From: Arenicellales bacterium
GTDB lineage: Bacteria > Pseudomonadota > Gammaproteobacteria > Arenicellales > JAJDZL01
NCBI GenBank assembly: GCA_963664525.1
Contig: OY761535.1
Span: 1,180,046 to 1,244,045, forward strand
Length of the DNA: 64,000 nucleotides
Direction: 5' to 3'
Under the pieces are notes generated by a model. It searched no databases. It saw only the letters and a program-made list of their open reading frames with translations, and had not been told where the DNA came from. The position numbers were made by a program, and so were the translations under genes. Below are positions 39,375-49,025 of this stretch, in pieces. Every line of letters starts with the position of its first letter. Positions within the stretch are counted from its first letter, which is position 1.

Positions 39375-39971
39375 ATGTGGGGCCTTCCAAAGTACATCAT
39401 GGAATACGCTGAATCCCTCCCGGAAGGCACACCATTATGTCCGGGTGCGTTGCTTCATCTCAGCAACCGAGCTGCGATCGACCAAGCATTATCGCGTCTA
39501 GCGCGATCAGGCAATCTATTGCGTATCTGCCAGGGTGTCTATATGCGCCCAATCGAGACCCGTTTCGGACAAATTACGCCACATATTGACAAGGCGATTA
39601 CCGCATTATCAACATTGTGGGGAGAAACGATCGTGCCATGTGGTGGTTCGGCGGCGAACCGTCTCGGGTTAACCACCCAAAATCCGGTACGTGAGGTTTA
39701 TTTGACTTCCGGTTACAACCGGTGTCTGCAATTTGGCAGACATACGGTCGAATTGCGTCATGCCCCACGTTGGCAGCTAATGGCCCCTCATAGCAGAGCA
39801 GGTGCTGTAATTCGTGCTTTGGTATGGCTAGGTCCCAATGAGATCGAGGAAAGTCTCGAGGCGGTTTGGTGCAAGCTTTCTCCGGACGAGTTGAATGAGC
39901 TTGTTACCGCGCGTGCGGTACTGCCGAACTGGATAGCTGAGCCGTTGAGTGCACGCATCGCACATGCTTGA
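39375..39971 (+). CDS. AbiEi-family antitoxin-like protein (DUF6088-type), 198 aa
   Basis: Pattern ...AIDQALSRLARSGNLLRICQGVYMRP...GGSAANRLGLTTQNP...YLTSG... is typical of DUF6088/AbiEi partners of DUF1814 nucleotidyltransferases. The stop overlaps the next gene's ATG region. Confidence 0.65.
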   Translation: MWGLPKYIMEYAESLPEGTPLCPGALLHLSNRAAIDQALSRLARSGNLLRICQGVYMRPIETRFGQITPHIDKAITALSTLWGETIVPCGGSAANRLGLTTQNPVREVYLTSGYNRCLQFGRHTVELRHAPRWQLMAPHSRAGAVIRALVWLGPNEIEESLEAVWCKLSPDELNELVTARAVLPNWIAEPLSARIAHA

Positions 39972-40995
39972 AACGCGTTACTCGAACCTTTAGAATGAAG
40001 ATCGCCGTTACGCCTTGAGATTGGCCCAAGACAAAGGCCAATACCGTGCATTTTTGCTTGAGAAGGATATCTGGATCGTCGCGTCACTCTCGGTACTATT
40101 TGATGCGCATTCGCAGAACACCTGACATTTAAAGGAGGCACATCGCTCTCAAAGGTCTGGCGTGCAATCCGTCGCTTCTCGGAAGATGTCGACATCACCT
40201 ACGACATCCGTGCTATTTCCGTGCTATTGCACCAGATCTTGTAGCTAATGCAGACGATGAGGCATTGCCACTGACGCGTAGCCAGCAAAAGCGCTGGACA
40301 CAGACTATCCACAGTCGCCTTACCGAATGGGTTCAGGATCAAGTGGCCCGATCGTCGAACAAGGACTTGCACACTCTGATTTTGCTGCAAAGGTTCATGT
40401 AGATGCGAACCGTCTTTATGTCAAATACGAATCGCTGTTCGGAGGAACTGGTTTCGTGCTCCCCGAGGTTGTAGTCGAATTTGGCGCACGTTCGACAGGC
40501 GAACCGCACAAAGCCGCTCCAATCGTATGTGATGCAGCGACATACCTGCCTGATCTGGTGTTTCCCGAAGCCTGTCCTACAGTTATGCTAGTCGAGCGGA
40601 CATTTTGGGAGAAGGCTACAGCAGTTCATGTCTTCTGCCGTCAGGAGCGGCGACGGGGCGAGCGACTATCACGGCATTGGCACGGTCTGGCCCGACTAGA
40701 TGAAGCGGGCTTAGTTGCAAATGCCTTAGCCAATCGTGAACTTGCACTTTCGGTTGCTCGTCACAAGGCGGTGTTCTTTACAGAAAATGACGCCAACGGT
40801 AAGAAAGTCGATTACGAGGTGGCAGTCTCCGGAAATTTGCAACTTGTTCCAGTCGGAAACGCTTATGAGGTGCTTGCCGATGACTACGCAAGAATGCAAG
40901 ATGATGGCATGCTTCTGGATGAGAACGAACTGTTCGGTGAGTTGATGGAGCGATGTGCAGCAATCGAAGCGCGGGCCAACAGTGCGAATGCGTAA
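39964..40995 (+). pseudogene. Nucleotidyltransferase AbiEii-family toxin, full length but with an early stop and several frameshifts
   Basis: Homologous segments lie in different frames: LEKDIWIVASLSVLF..., [28 protein letters not shown]..., ...LTRSQQKRWTQTIHSRLTEWV..., then the 222-aa ORF 40327-40995 (VVEFGARSTGEP...ERTFWEKATAVH...). Confidence 0.7.
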
Positions 40996-41069
40996 CAATA
41001 TATTTACCGAACTTGATTAAATTGTGTTCCCATAACAGTTCAATTTGAGGCGGAGAGAGCTGGATGCAG

Positions 41070-41291
41070 CTAATTAGAGTTCAAGAATCCTAACTTGAAG
41101 GCTATATGGTGGTTGATGGACCCATTGGAATCTGAAACTCCATCCAACCACAACTGGATAGATCTTGCACAACTTCCACAATTGGTTGAAACTCCCAGTT
41201 CCTGCTTCAGCGCTTTAAAGGTACAAATACCTCTATCGACCGCGTCGACGATCTCTTTGTCGGAAATTCGGTTGCAGACACATATGATCAT
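41070..41291 (-). CDS. bfd: Bacterioferritin-associated ferredoxin (BFD-like [2Fe-2S])
   Basis: MIICVCNRISDKEI...TNCGSCA: the four-Cys BFD motif. Start trimmed to the ATG at 41291. Divergent from the bfr genes. Confidence 0.85.
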   Translation of the reverse strand: MIICVCNRISDKEIVDAVDRGICTFKALKQELGVSTNCGSCARSIQLWLDGVSDSNGSINHHIAFKLGFLNSN

Positions 41292-41488
41292 GGTGTTTGA
41301 AACGTATAGTCGATAGTTGCTGTGTCGAGTGGAAATTAAATTCAGAGGCACAATGTATGGCGGTATTAGTGCGATAGCAAATATAACCTTCGAATGACAA
41401 TTGAAAAAAATGATGAACGTAAATGAGAATGATTGTCAATAGCAATATCTGACATGGTTGAGTTGAACTGTACTCTAGGTTGAATACG

Positions 41489-41968
41489 TTGAAAGTTGAC
41501 AAGGAAGCTATTCGAACTCTAAATTCTGTCCTAAAAGTGGAACTAACGGCAATCAATCAATTTTTCCTGCACTCTCGCATATCGTAAATTTAGGGACTGA
41601 TTAACCTCGCAACTGTTCAGTACAAATCTTCCATTGCTGCGATGAATACTGCTGATGGATTGATTGACCGTATTCTCTTTCTTGAAGGTTTACCGAATCT
41701 CCAATTTCTCGGGAAAATAATTGCCGGCGAATCTGTTCAGGAATTTCTAAATTGCGATCTATGGCTTGCGACCTCAATAAAAGATCAACTAGTGAAATCA
41801 ATCCAACTTTGTGAATCCATACAGGATTATGAGAGTCGGTCTATTATTTCATCGGCGCTTGAACAGACCGAACAACAGATTGATTGGCTGGAATCCCAGA
41901 ATTGGTTGATCGAATCTATGGGAATCGAAAATTACACACAGTTACAAGTAGAAGGTGATGCTCAATGA
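41489..41968 (+). pseudogene. bfr: Bacterioferritin subunit (heme-ligand type: M52 present, ferroxidase E51/H54 absent) with two in-frame stop codons
   Basis: A single frame from the TTG at 41489: (M)[69 protein letters not shown]... It is colinear with E. coli Bfr numbering. TAA at 41585-41587 corresponds to K33 and TAG at 41591-41593 to W35. Confidence 0.8.
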
Positions 41969-42432
41969 AAGGTGATGACAAAGTGTTAGCAGGTTTTCAG
42001 GAACTGCTTGATCATGAACTCTCTGCGAGAGATCAGTATCTTGCGCATTCTCGCAAATACCAGGATTGGGGATTGACGAAGCTTCACGCTCACATGGACC
42101 ATGAAATGGAAGAAGAGCAGCAACATATTGACGCGATTGTCAACAGAATGTTATTTTTGGAACAATATCCCGATTTCTAAACCCGCGTGCCTCCAAATGT
42201 TGGGGATGATGTCAAGCAAATGCTGCAAAATGATCTTGATGCTGAAGTCGAAGTTGCACAACTACTGAAGAATACGGTTCAAGTTTGCGAAGAACTACAC
42301 GATTATGACTCTCGGAATATTTTGATTCAACTTCTGCATGACACAGAAATGGATCATATCTATTGGCTCGAACAACAGCTCGGGTTGATCGATAGGATTG
42401 GCTTAGAAAACTATTTGCAATCTCAAGTCTGA
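41965..42432 (+). pseudogene. bfr: Bacterioferritin subunit (ferroxidase type: E18/E51/H54 present, Q at the M52 position) with one in-frame stop codon
   Basis: MKGDDKVLAGFQELLDHELSARDQYLAHSRKYQDWGL...LFLEQYPDF*TRVPPNVGDDVKQML... The TAA at 42178-42180 is in frame at the position of Q72 of E. coli Bfr. The ATG overlaps the upstream bfr stop (ATGA). Confidence 0.8.
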
Positions 42433-42744
42433 CAATATTAGGGTAGTGCACAATACCTGCTGAAAAATTTGAAATCGGGAAGTCAGCACGGCAATTTAGT
42501 GGACAGGTTCCGCTGATTTCTCCATCGTTTTATTTCTGGACAGATTTTCCTACCGAAGCGTTTACACGGACAGTAAACACCTCCAAGTCATGGTATTAGC
42601 GCGTTGACCGCTGCGTAAGGCCGTCTGAGTTTTCGACAACTTGACATCCAGTAGTTCGAAAATCGACAGAATATCGTTTTTTTCAGAGGAGACCAGCTAA
42701 CCACCGGTGGCTTGCGACCGCATTTTTCCAGACAACCCAAGCTG

Positions 42745-44814
42745 TCAAGTTTCCGGATGGATCAATTCGCGCGAAAACGGCAATTCCACTGCCGAAACAG
42801 GTGATTCACCCAATTGTCTCGCCCACAGGTGCCCGGAATGAACGGCCGCTGCAATCGTACCGGGTGCAACACAATCACCAATCTGATCGACATCGCTGAT
42901 ACCCCTGTCGTGTAGTCGAGGCAAATGGCTCAGACAAGCACGGTATAGCTCGTCTTTGGGTTGGCGAGAAGTGACCATGATCAACTGGTCGCAGGGAAGC
43001 GATAGCGTTTCGTTCGAATAATTCCGAGAAAAATCGACCTGGTTATCACCGATTCGATTGATCTCCCACTGCACGCGCATTGAGATTCCAAGCCGCGCCA
43101 TCTGTTCCTGAATCGCACGCTGTTCCAAGGTGTAGTGTGTCCAGTGTGATACGTCGGGCGCTGGAGTGATGATGCACACCTGTGCACCGTGCTCACGGGC
43201 TCGCTCGGCAATCACGCTTCCCATGTAGAAATGATCGTCATCATAGACGACCACCTGCCCTTTCAATTCGAGCCCATTCATCACGTCATCGGGTGAGTAA
43301 ACCCATTTTTGATCAAAACCCTCAACCGCTTGAAACCGTTCGCGTCCAAATCCATCCGTTCGCCAGCTTGCGCCTGTTGCGATGACAACGCGATCTGCGC
43401 CGAACTCAAGAATATTGTCCAAATTCAGCTCACTGGACGGATAGGTTTCGACATTGGTGAGTTGATGCAACTGCTGCATGCGATAATCGCGCACCCTGCG
43501 CCAGGCCGATAATCCAGGCAACGCACTTTCCAGATTGACCCGCCCGCCAAACTCAGCTTTCGAATCTGCTATGGTCACCGAGTGACCGCGTTTGCCTAAA
43601 GACACCGCACATTCAAGCCCTGCAGGACCTGCCCCGACAATCAGTACGGACTCCTTGGTCGTCGCCGCAGGAATAATCTCTGGGTGCCAGCCGCGCCGCC
43701 ATTCTTCACCCATCGTTGGATTCTGGGTACAGCGAATCGGAGTTATGGTGTAATCACCAGACACGCAGATATTACAGCCAATACACTCCCGAATGTCCTC
43801 CAGTCGACCTTGTTCGATTTTGTTCGGTAAAAATGGATCGGCGATGGAAGGACGCGCCGCTCCAATCATGTCGAGTACACCGCGCTTGATCTGTGACACC
43901 ATGGTGTCGGGTGAAGTAAAGCGGCCAACGCCCACCACCGGTTTGGTCGTGACCTGTTTGACTTTTCGAACATATTGTTCCTGGAATCCTTCGGGCTGAA
44001 ACCGCGACGTTGCTGAATCGTTGTCCCAGTCGCTGACATTGACATCCCAAAGATCTGGCAATTCAGCAAGCATACTGACAACTTCTATTCCTTCTTCATC
44101 GCACTGAAGTCCATCTTTTTCCATCATCTCGTCCATCATCCACCGCACGGCGATCGCGCAAGTGTCACCGACCGCCTCTTTGGCGTCGATAATGAGTTCT
44201 TTCAAGAATCGGGCTCGATTTTCCAGTGAACCACCGTATTCATCGGTACGCTGGTTGTATCGTCTGGATAAGAACTGTGCCGGCAAAGTAAGCATATGCG
44301 CGGCGTAAACGTAAATGATGTCAAATCCTGCAGCTTTCGCTCTTAACGCTGCCTTGCGATAGATGCCCCGCATTTCACCGATATCCCGCTTGGTCATTGC
44401 TCTCGCCGAAACCGGATCGTAACCTGGATTGGGTCCAGCTGTCGCACCAATCGGGATGGTTTTTGAATAATGGTTCGGTGCCATTCTGCCACTGTGCGCG
44501 AGCTCGATCGCTGCCAGTGATTGATGTGCGTGCACGGCTTCGACCATCAGCGCATGCTGGGTGATGTCATCATCATCCCACAAGCGTTGCTCCACATAGG
44601 GTGAAATATCAGAGGAATGATGAACATCACATTCTTCTGTCGACACGACGGCCCAGCCACCCTCTGCCTTCATTCCACGCATCGCGGCTGCGGTATGCGG
44701 TCTCGCATACCCCATACCACAGCAATGCGGAACCTGGTAAAACCGGTTGCGGGCGACGACAGGACCGATCTGCACCGGTTCAAACAAAATATCGTAGCGT
44801 GGATCGCGAGGCAT
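42745..44814 (-). CDS. Trimethylamine/dimethylamine dehydrogenase-family flavoprotein (FMN + [4Fe-4S] + ADP-binding domain)
   Basis: The N-terminus RDPRYDILFEPVQIGPVVARNRFYQVPHCCG parallels trimethylamine dehydrogenase, including the Cys used for 6-S-cysteinyl-FMN. Also CIGCNICV...C cluster motif, VLIVGAGPAGLE and RPSIADPFLP. 689 aa. Confidence 0.85.
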   Translation of the reverse strand: MPRDPRYDILFEPVQIGPVVARNRFYQVPHCCGMGYARPHTAAAMRGMKAEGGWAVVSTEECDVHHSSDISPYVEQRLWDDDDITQHALMVEAVHAHQSLAAIELAHSGRMAPNHYSKTIPIGATAGPNPGYDPVSARAMTKRDIGEMRGIYRKAALRAKAAGFDIIYVYAAHMLTLPAQFLSRRYNQRTDEYGGSLENRARFLKELIIDAKEAVGDTCAIAVRWMMDEMMEKDGLQCDEEGIEVVSMLAELPDLWDVNVSDWDNDSATSRFQPEGFQEQYVRKVKQVTTKPVVGVGRFTSPDTMVSQIKRGVLDMIGAARPSIADPFLPNKIEQGRLEDIRECIGCNICVSGDYTITPIRCTQNPTMGEEWRRGWHPEIIPAATTKESVLIVGAGPAGLECAVSLGKRGHSVTIADSKAEFGGRVNLESALPGLSAWRRVRDYRMQQLHQLTNVETYPSSELNLDNILEFGADRVVIATGASWRTDGFGRERFQAVEGFDQKWVYSPDDVMNGLELKGQVVVYDDDHFYMGSVIAERAREHGAQVCIITPAPDVSHWTHYTLEQRAIQEQMARLGISMRVQWEINRIGDNQVDFSRNYSNETLSLPCDQLIMVTSRQPKDELYRACLSHLPRLHDRGISDVDQIGDCVAPGTIAAAVHSGHLWARQLGESPVSAVELPFSRELIHPET

Positions 44815-44868
44815 GAATCAATGACTCCAGCTTAGATAACCACTCGACCTGTGATCGGGAGATGAACT

Positions 44869-46299
44869 TTAACCGTTCCAGATTCCCTCTCGAACCAAAT
44901 CGCTCATCGCCGCCTCAATACCTTTGCGTAAGATGCTGACGACTTCGTCTACTTCATCCCGGCTCAAGATCAGCGGTGGTGAAAGCACATTGAGATGAGC
45001 AATCGGGCGCACAATCAGCCCGTGTTTTTGGCAATGTGCGGCAATTCGATCACCGATGACAACATCATCATCAAACAGTTCTTTCGTCTCAACGTTCTTG
45101 ACGTTCTCAACACACATCATGAAACAGCGACCGCGCACATCTCCAACGATGGGCAATTCTCTCAGAGTGTTTAACTGCTGTTCAAAGTAGACACCGACAT
45201 CGCGTACGTGTTCACAAATCCCCTCACGCTCAATGATTTCAATATTTTTTAGCGCCGCGCGACAACAAACCGGGTGACCTGAATAGGTAAAACCGTGCGT
45301 GAATAGGGAGCCATCTTCAGAAGGCTGACTGATGACTTCATAAATTTCATCCGACAGCAATGTTGCTGAAAGCGGCAGATAACCCGAGGAAATACCCTTT
45401 GCACTGGTGATCATATCAGGCTTGATACCGAAAACCGGTTCAGACGAAAGCATATGTCCTATCCGCCCAAATCCGGTCACAACTTCATCGGAGATATAAA
45501 GCACGCCATACTTTTGGCAAACTTCAAGCGTACGCTGATGGTAGCCTTGCGGAGGAACGATGACGCCACCTGCTCCCATAATGGGTTCTGCGATAAATGC
45601 GGCAACATTGTCTTCTCCCAAATGTAATATCTCCTGTTCCAACTCTTCGACCAAAAAATCACAGTATTCGGAGTCGGACATGTTTTCCGGCTTACGGTAG
45701 GGGTTCGGACACGAAATATATGAGACAAGTTCCGGTGCCAGATCAAACCCGCTGTGATCTTCCTTAACGCCGGTCAATGTCATCGCAAGATAAGTGCTGC
45801 CATGATAAGCCCCAATTCGGGAGATGATTTTTTTCTTGGAGAATTTTCCTAGCCGATTGAAATAGTAGTGAATGATTCGAATCGCGGTATCATTCGCCTG
45901 GGATCCACCGGTTCCGTAAAAAACGCGGTTGAGATTATCTGGTGCAATCTGCGCTAGCTTGGCTGCGAGTTCAGCAGATGGAGGCGTCGTTAAGTGATTA
46001 AAAGAAGAGTAATAGGGAATTGCTCGAACCTGGTCTGCAATCGCATCGGCCATTTCGTCTCTTCCATAACCGATGTTCACACACCATAAGCCGCCTATCC
46101 CGTCGATATAACGCCCACCGTCACTGTCGTAGACGTAGGCACCGTCGGCTTCCGCTACAACCAGAGATCCCTCGTCGTGAAAGACCCTGAAATCCGTCCA
46201 GGGATGAATGTAATGATCGACATCTTTTTGCCAAAGATCCTGGGTGTCGTATTTTTGCTTAAGTGCCATTTCGCTGCTCCTTGTTATGGTGTCATTCAA
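44869..46299 (-). CDS. Class III (omega-type) PLP-dependent aminotransferase
   Basis: Typical length (476 aa). ISDEVVTGFGR and PDMITSAKGISSGYLP (PLP-Lys context). Confidence 0.85.
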   Translation of the reverse strand: MNDTITRSSEMALKQKYDTQDLWQKDVDHYIHPWTDFRVFHDEGSLVVAEADGAYVYDSDGGRYIDGIGGLWCVNIGYGRDEMADAIADQVRAIPYYSSFNHLTTPPSAELAAKLAQIAPDNLNRVFYGTGGSQANDTAIRIIHYYFNRLGKFSKKKIISRIGAYHGSTYLAMTLTGVKEDHSGFDLAPELVSYISCPNPYRKPENMSDSEYCDFLVEELEQEILHLGEDNVAAFIAEPIMGAGGVIVPPQGYHQRTLEVCQKYGVLYISDEVVTGFGRIGHMLSSEPVFGIKPDMITSAKGISSGYLPLSATLLSDEIYEVISQPSEDGSLFTHGFTYSGHPVCCRAALKNIEIIEREGICEHVRDVGVYFEQQLNTLRELPIVGDVRGRCFMMCVENVKNVETKELFDDDVVIGDRIAAHCQKHGLIVRPIAHLNVLSPPLILSRDEVDEVVSILRKGIEAAMSDLVREGIWNG

Positions 46300-46304
46300 G
46301 TTGC

Positions 46305-46736
46305 CTATTGTTTACTGTCGGTGGCCACCGCTATCACGTCAATTTCCATCAACCATTCAGGTTTTGCCAAGCCTTGTACTATCACTCCGGTCGAGACCGG
46401 GTAAACTCCTTTGAGCCACTTTCCGATTTGCCCGTAGACATCTTCCCGATACGCCCTGTCAGTGATGTAAACTGTAATTTTGCAGATATCTTCCAGTTTC
46501 GATCCAGCTTCTCGCAAAAGCTGGTCAACATTTCGCATCGCTTGGTCTGCCTGTGCCGCTGGATCAGCGACACCGACGACATTACCCTCAAAATCACTGC
46601 CAACCTGGCCTCTTAAGAAGATCAAATTGCCAGCTCTTACCACCTGGCACAGATCATTGTCCAACACCTGGTCCTTGTAGGTGTCTCGAGTATTGAATTT
46701 CCTCAAGCGAATGTGTTCAGACATGGCTGTCTCCAT
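46305..46736 (-). CDS. RidA/YjgF-family (enamine/imine deaminase-like) protein
   Basis: 143 aa. LIFLRGQVG...KITVYITD...EIDVIA pattern of the YjgF/RidA fold. Confidence 0.75.
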   Translation of the reverse strand: METAMSEHIRLRKFNTRDTYKDQVLDNDLCQVVRAGNLIFLRGQVGSDFEGNVVGVADPAAQADQAMRNVDQLLREAGSKLEDICKITVYITDRAYREDVYGQIGKWLKGVYPVSTGVIVQGLAKPEWLMEIDVIAVATDSKQ

Positions 46737-46739
46737 GCA

Positions 46740-48191
46740 TTAATCAGTGGTAATTTGATCAGAAAGTCCAGCGGCCTTTTTGACAAACTCCAGACATTCG
46801 GTAAAATCGTGATTCATAAATACGGCATTAAGATGTGCAAATGGCGGCGACTGTGCAAAGAGCTGGAATGTAAGCTTGTGCCCTGCGTACTCGGAGTTGA
46901 GTAGATCTCTCGCTAAAGCCAGCAGCTTGCGACGGTCTTCATACTGCCATTGTTCATTAATTGAATAATACTTTTCAAGCCACGGTTTGATGGGTTCAGA
47001 CTCAAAACTTGTCGTATCCGGTGTCAGACAAATCTGTCCCCCACACAATTCGCGTGCGATGTGCATCATTTTCGGCAACTGAGAACAGGCTAAAACTCGC
47101 CCGGTATAAAGAAGCGACTGGTTTGGCATCAGCAAGCCTTTGGGGCTGACTTGCGCATCAGCGATCGAAGCGGTCAGATGGGCATTGATGCCCTGTCGAT
47201 AGCAAACCAGTTGGGCTATTTTTTCTCGCACAGCCTGCTGTTTGTCCAGCCCGGTCTGGCGAACATTGAACAAGGCTGCGCCGATCAGCATATCGGCCGT
47301 TTTTTGGATGCGTTGGACAAATGCAAATGCACTGTAGCGGTGAAGCGTGGCACGGATGAAAGTCGCTGCGCGTGTGTGCCGATAAAACAACACGTCTTCC
47401 CAGGGAATCAGAACGTTATCAAATATCATCATGGTATCGATTTCATCAAACTGATTCGCCAACGGGTAATCTTTTTTTGAGCCGCGCCCTGCAAATCCTG
47501 TTCGACAAATATGTATGAGTCCTTCGGCATTCATCGGGACGATCGCGCCAAGCGCATAATCAGACAGTTCTTGATCCCCCCAATTCGCAATGGTCGGTTT
47601 CACAAATGCCTGCTCGGCGTAGGCTGACGCGGTTTCGTACTTGGCACCGCGAACAATAATTCCTGCATCGGTTTCCTTAACAACATGCAGCAGCATATCG
47701 GGATCCTGATCTTGCGGTCGCTTGGAGCGGTCGCCTTTGGGATCCGTGTTCGCCGAGACATGAAAAACATCCTGTTTTATGACACGATCGATATGATTTT
47801 TGATGTTCTCAGCAAACTGTGGATCAATTTCTGCGAGAACATCGCTGCCGTCGTACAAAGACCACATCTCGCCGACAGTTTCATCGCCGACCCGGGTAAC
47901 CACCCCTCCGATTTCATTTAAAACCGTATCAACACCTTTGCGGCGCCGATACCAGTCCTCTCGCTGGTACGGCATTTTCAACAGTTCAGCGTACTGTTCT
48001 CCAGTCTCGTCGGAATAAGTCAATAGCTCGCAATGTTCTTCACAATGGTTTAAATCGAACATCCTCGCTCGAACTTCAACGAGCGGTTTAAATGCCGGGT
48101 GTTCAGGAACATCGCTAACTCGCTCACCTTCCATCCACACGACTCGACCATCACGAAGGGACTCTCGATATTCCTGTCCTGTGCGTAGCAT
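46740..48191 (-). CDS. 4-hydroxyphenylacetate 3-monooxygenase oxygenase-component family (HpaB-like) flavin-dependent enzyme
   Basis: MLRTGQEYRESLRDGRVVWMEGERV... is the typical HpaB-family N-terminus. ATG at 48191 preceded by GGGAGAAAAA. The ORF-track N-terminal 45 aa are non-homologous. Confidence 0.8.
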   Translation of the reverse strand: MLRTGQEYRESLRDGRVVWMEGERVSDVPEHPAFKPLVEVRARMFDLNHCEEHCELLTYSDETGEQYAELLKMPYQREDWYRRRKGVDTVLNEIGGVVTRVGDETVGEMWSLYDGSDVLAEIDPQFAENIKNHIDRVIKQDVFHVSANTDPKGDRSKRPQDQDPDMLLHVVKETDAGIIVRGAKYETASAYAEQAFVKPTIANWGDQELSDYALGAIVPMNAEGLIHICRTGFAGRGSKKDYPLANQFDEIDTMMIFDNVLIPWEDVLFYRHTRAATFIRATLHRYSAFAFVQRIQKTADMLIGAALFNVRQTGLDKQQAVREKIAQLVCYRQGINAHLTASIADAQVSPKGLLMPNQSLLYTGRVLACSQLPKMMHIARELCGGQICLTPDTTSFESEPIKPWLEKYYSINEQWQYEDRRKLLALARDLLNSEYAGHKLTFQLFAQSPPFAHLNAVFMNHDFTECLEFVKKAAGLSDQITTD

Positions 48192-48545
48192 CGATATTTT
48201 TCTCCCACCAAATGTTTTGTTGTTTGTCTGGTGTACACATTGAATGGGGCACAATTCAACTATACGTGAAAAATGTGCAATATAGCACAATCCTAAACGG
48301 CATTTACATTCCAGATTTGCCAGCAAACGCAGATTTGTTCGAGTCTTCGAGAAGTGTCGAGCGCGTTGTCGGTAAACTCGAATATTTACGGTCGATTGAT
48401 AATGAACCCGTCTGCTCGTTCATTCGTTGCGATCGTGGAGGACAACGAGAGTCATCTCATCTCCTGGCCGAATCAGAACCATGTACACTTTGACCTTGTA
48501 AATATCCAAAACGATTAGCATTTAAATTACACATGAAAATTTCCG

Positions 48546-49022
48546 TCAGCTTTGCTCACTAATGAGGCGCATAAGATTAATACAACGAATTTCTTCGGCT
48601 TCACAGACCATAGGAATCTTAGGTTTTATTAAGGTGCCACCTTGTTCCTCAGTTACTACTGTATGGAATGGCGTTCCCGTCAAAGCATAGGCAATTACAA
48701 ACGGATCAGCGCCATCTCGCCCTTTTCTGGTATCAATCAAGCGAGGATATTTTGCTAAAACTTCTATTACACGATGTTGAATGACATCGTCTTCGATATC
48801 AACAAACATGGACAGACGTTCCTGACACCACTTCGCTAAATCGTCGTCTTTCTTCTTGATTTCATTCAACACTTCAATTGATGCGCGCAATCGTCCAGAT
48901 TCAATAAGTTCATCTAACTTTTCCCAAACTGGTTCGAACATTGGAACTGAAATTGGGTAAGTGCGCACCCACCCGTGCATCAAGGCGCTTGTATCAATCG
49001 AATAGAAATAGTCCGCTGCCAA
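48546..49022 (-). CDS. DUF4411-family (PIN-like) protein, 158 aa
   Basis: N-terminal YSIDTSALM... and C-terminal GADPFVIAYAL...VVTEE pattern typical of DUF4411. Lies 3 nt downstream of the ImmA/IrrE-XRE gene. Confidence 0.65.
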   Translation of the reverse strand: MAADYFYSIDTSALMHGWVRTYPISVPMFEPVWEKLDELIESGRLRASIEVLNEIKKKDDDLAKWCQERLSMFVDIEDDVIQHRVIEVLAKYPRLIDTRKGRDGADPFVIAYALTGTPFHTVVTEEQGGTLIKPKIPMVCEAEEIRCINLMRLISEQS

Positions 49023-49025
49023 CTT

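Noticed and set aside
41585-42180. Alternative genetic code or programmed read-through as the explanation for the in-frame stops in the bfr genes
   Set aside because: TAA and TAG terminate many well-conserved genes in this same window at the expected positions (e.g. leuC TAG, hupB TAA, the large RT TAA). No suppressor tRNA is present in the window. Pseudogenisation or base-call error is more parsimonious.
42480-42600. Three CTGTCC motifs spaced ~35 nt apart between the convergent bfr and TMADH-family genes; a possible orphan IS21-like end
   Set aside because: Only the 6-mer is shared with the IS21 repeats at 4561-4680. There is no adjoining transposase remnant or extended similarity, which is too weak to call.
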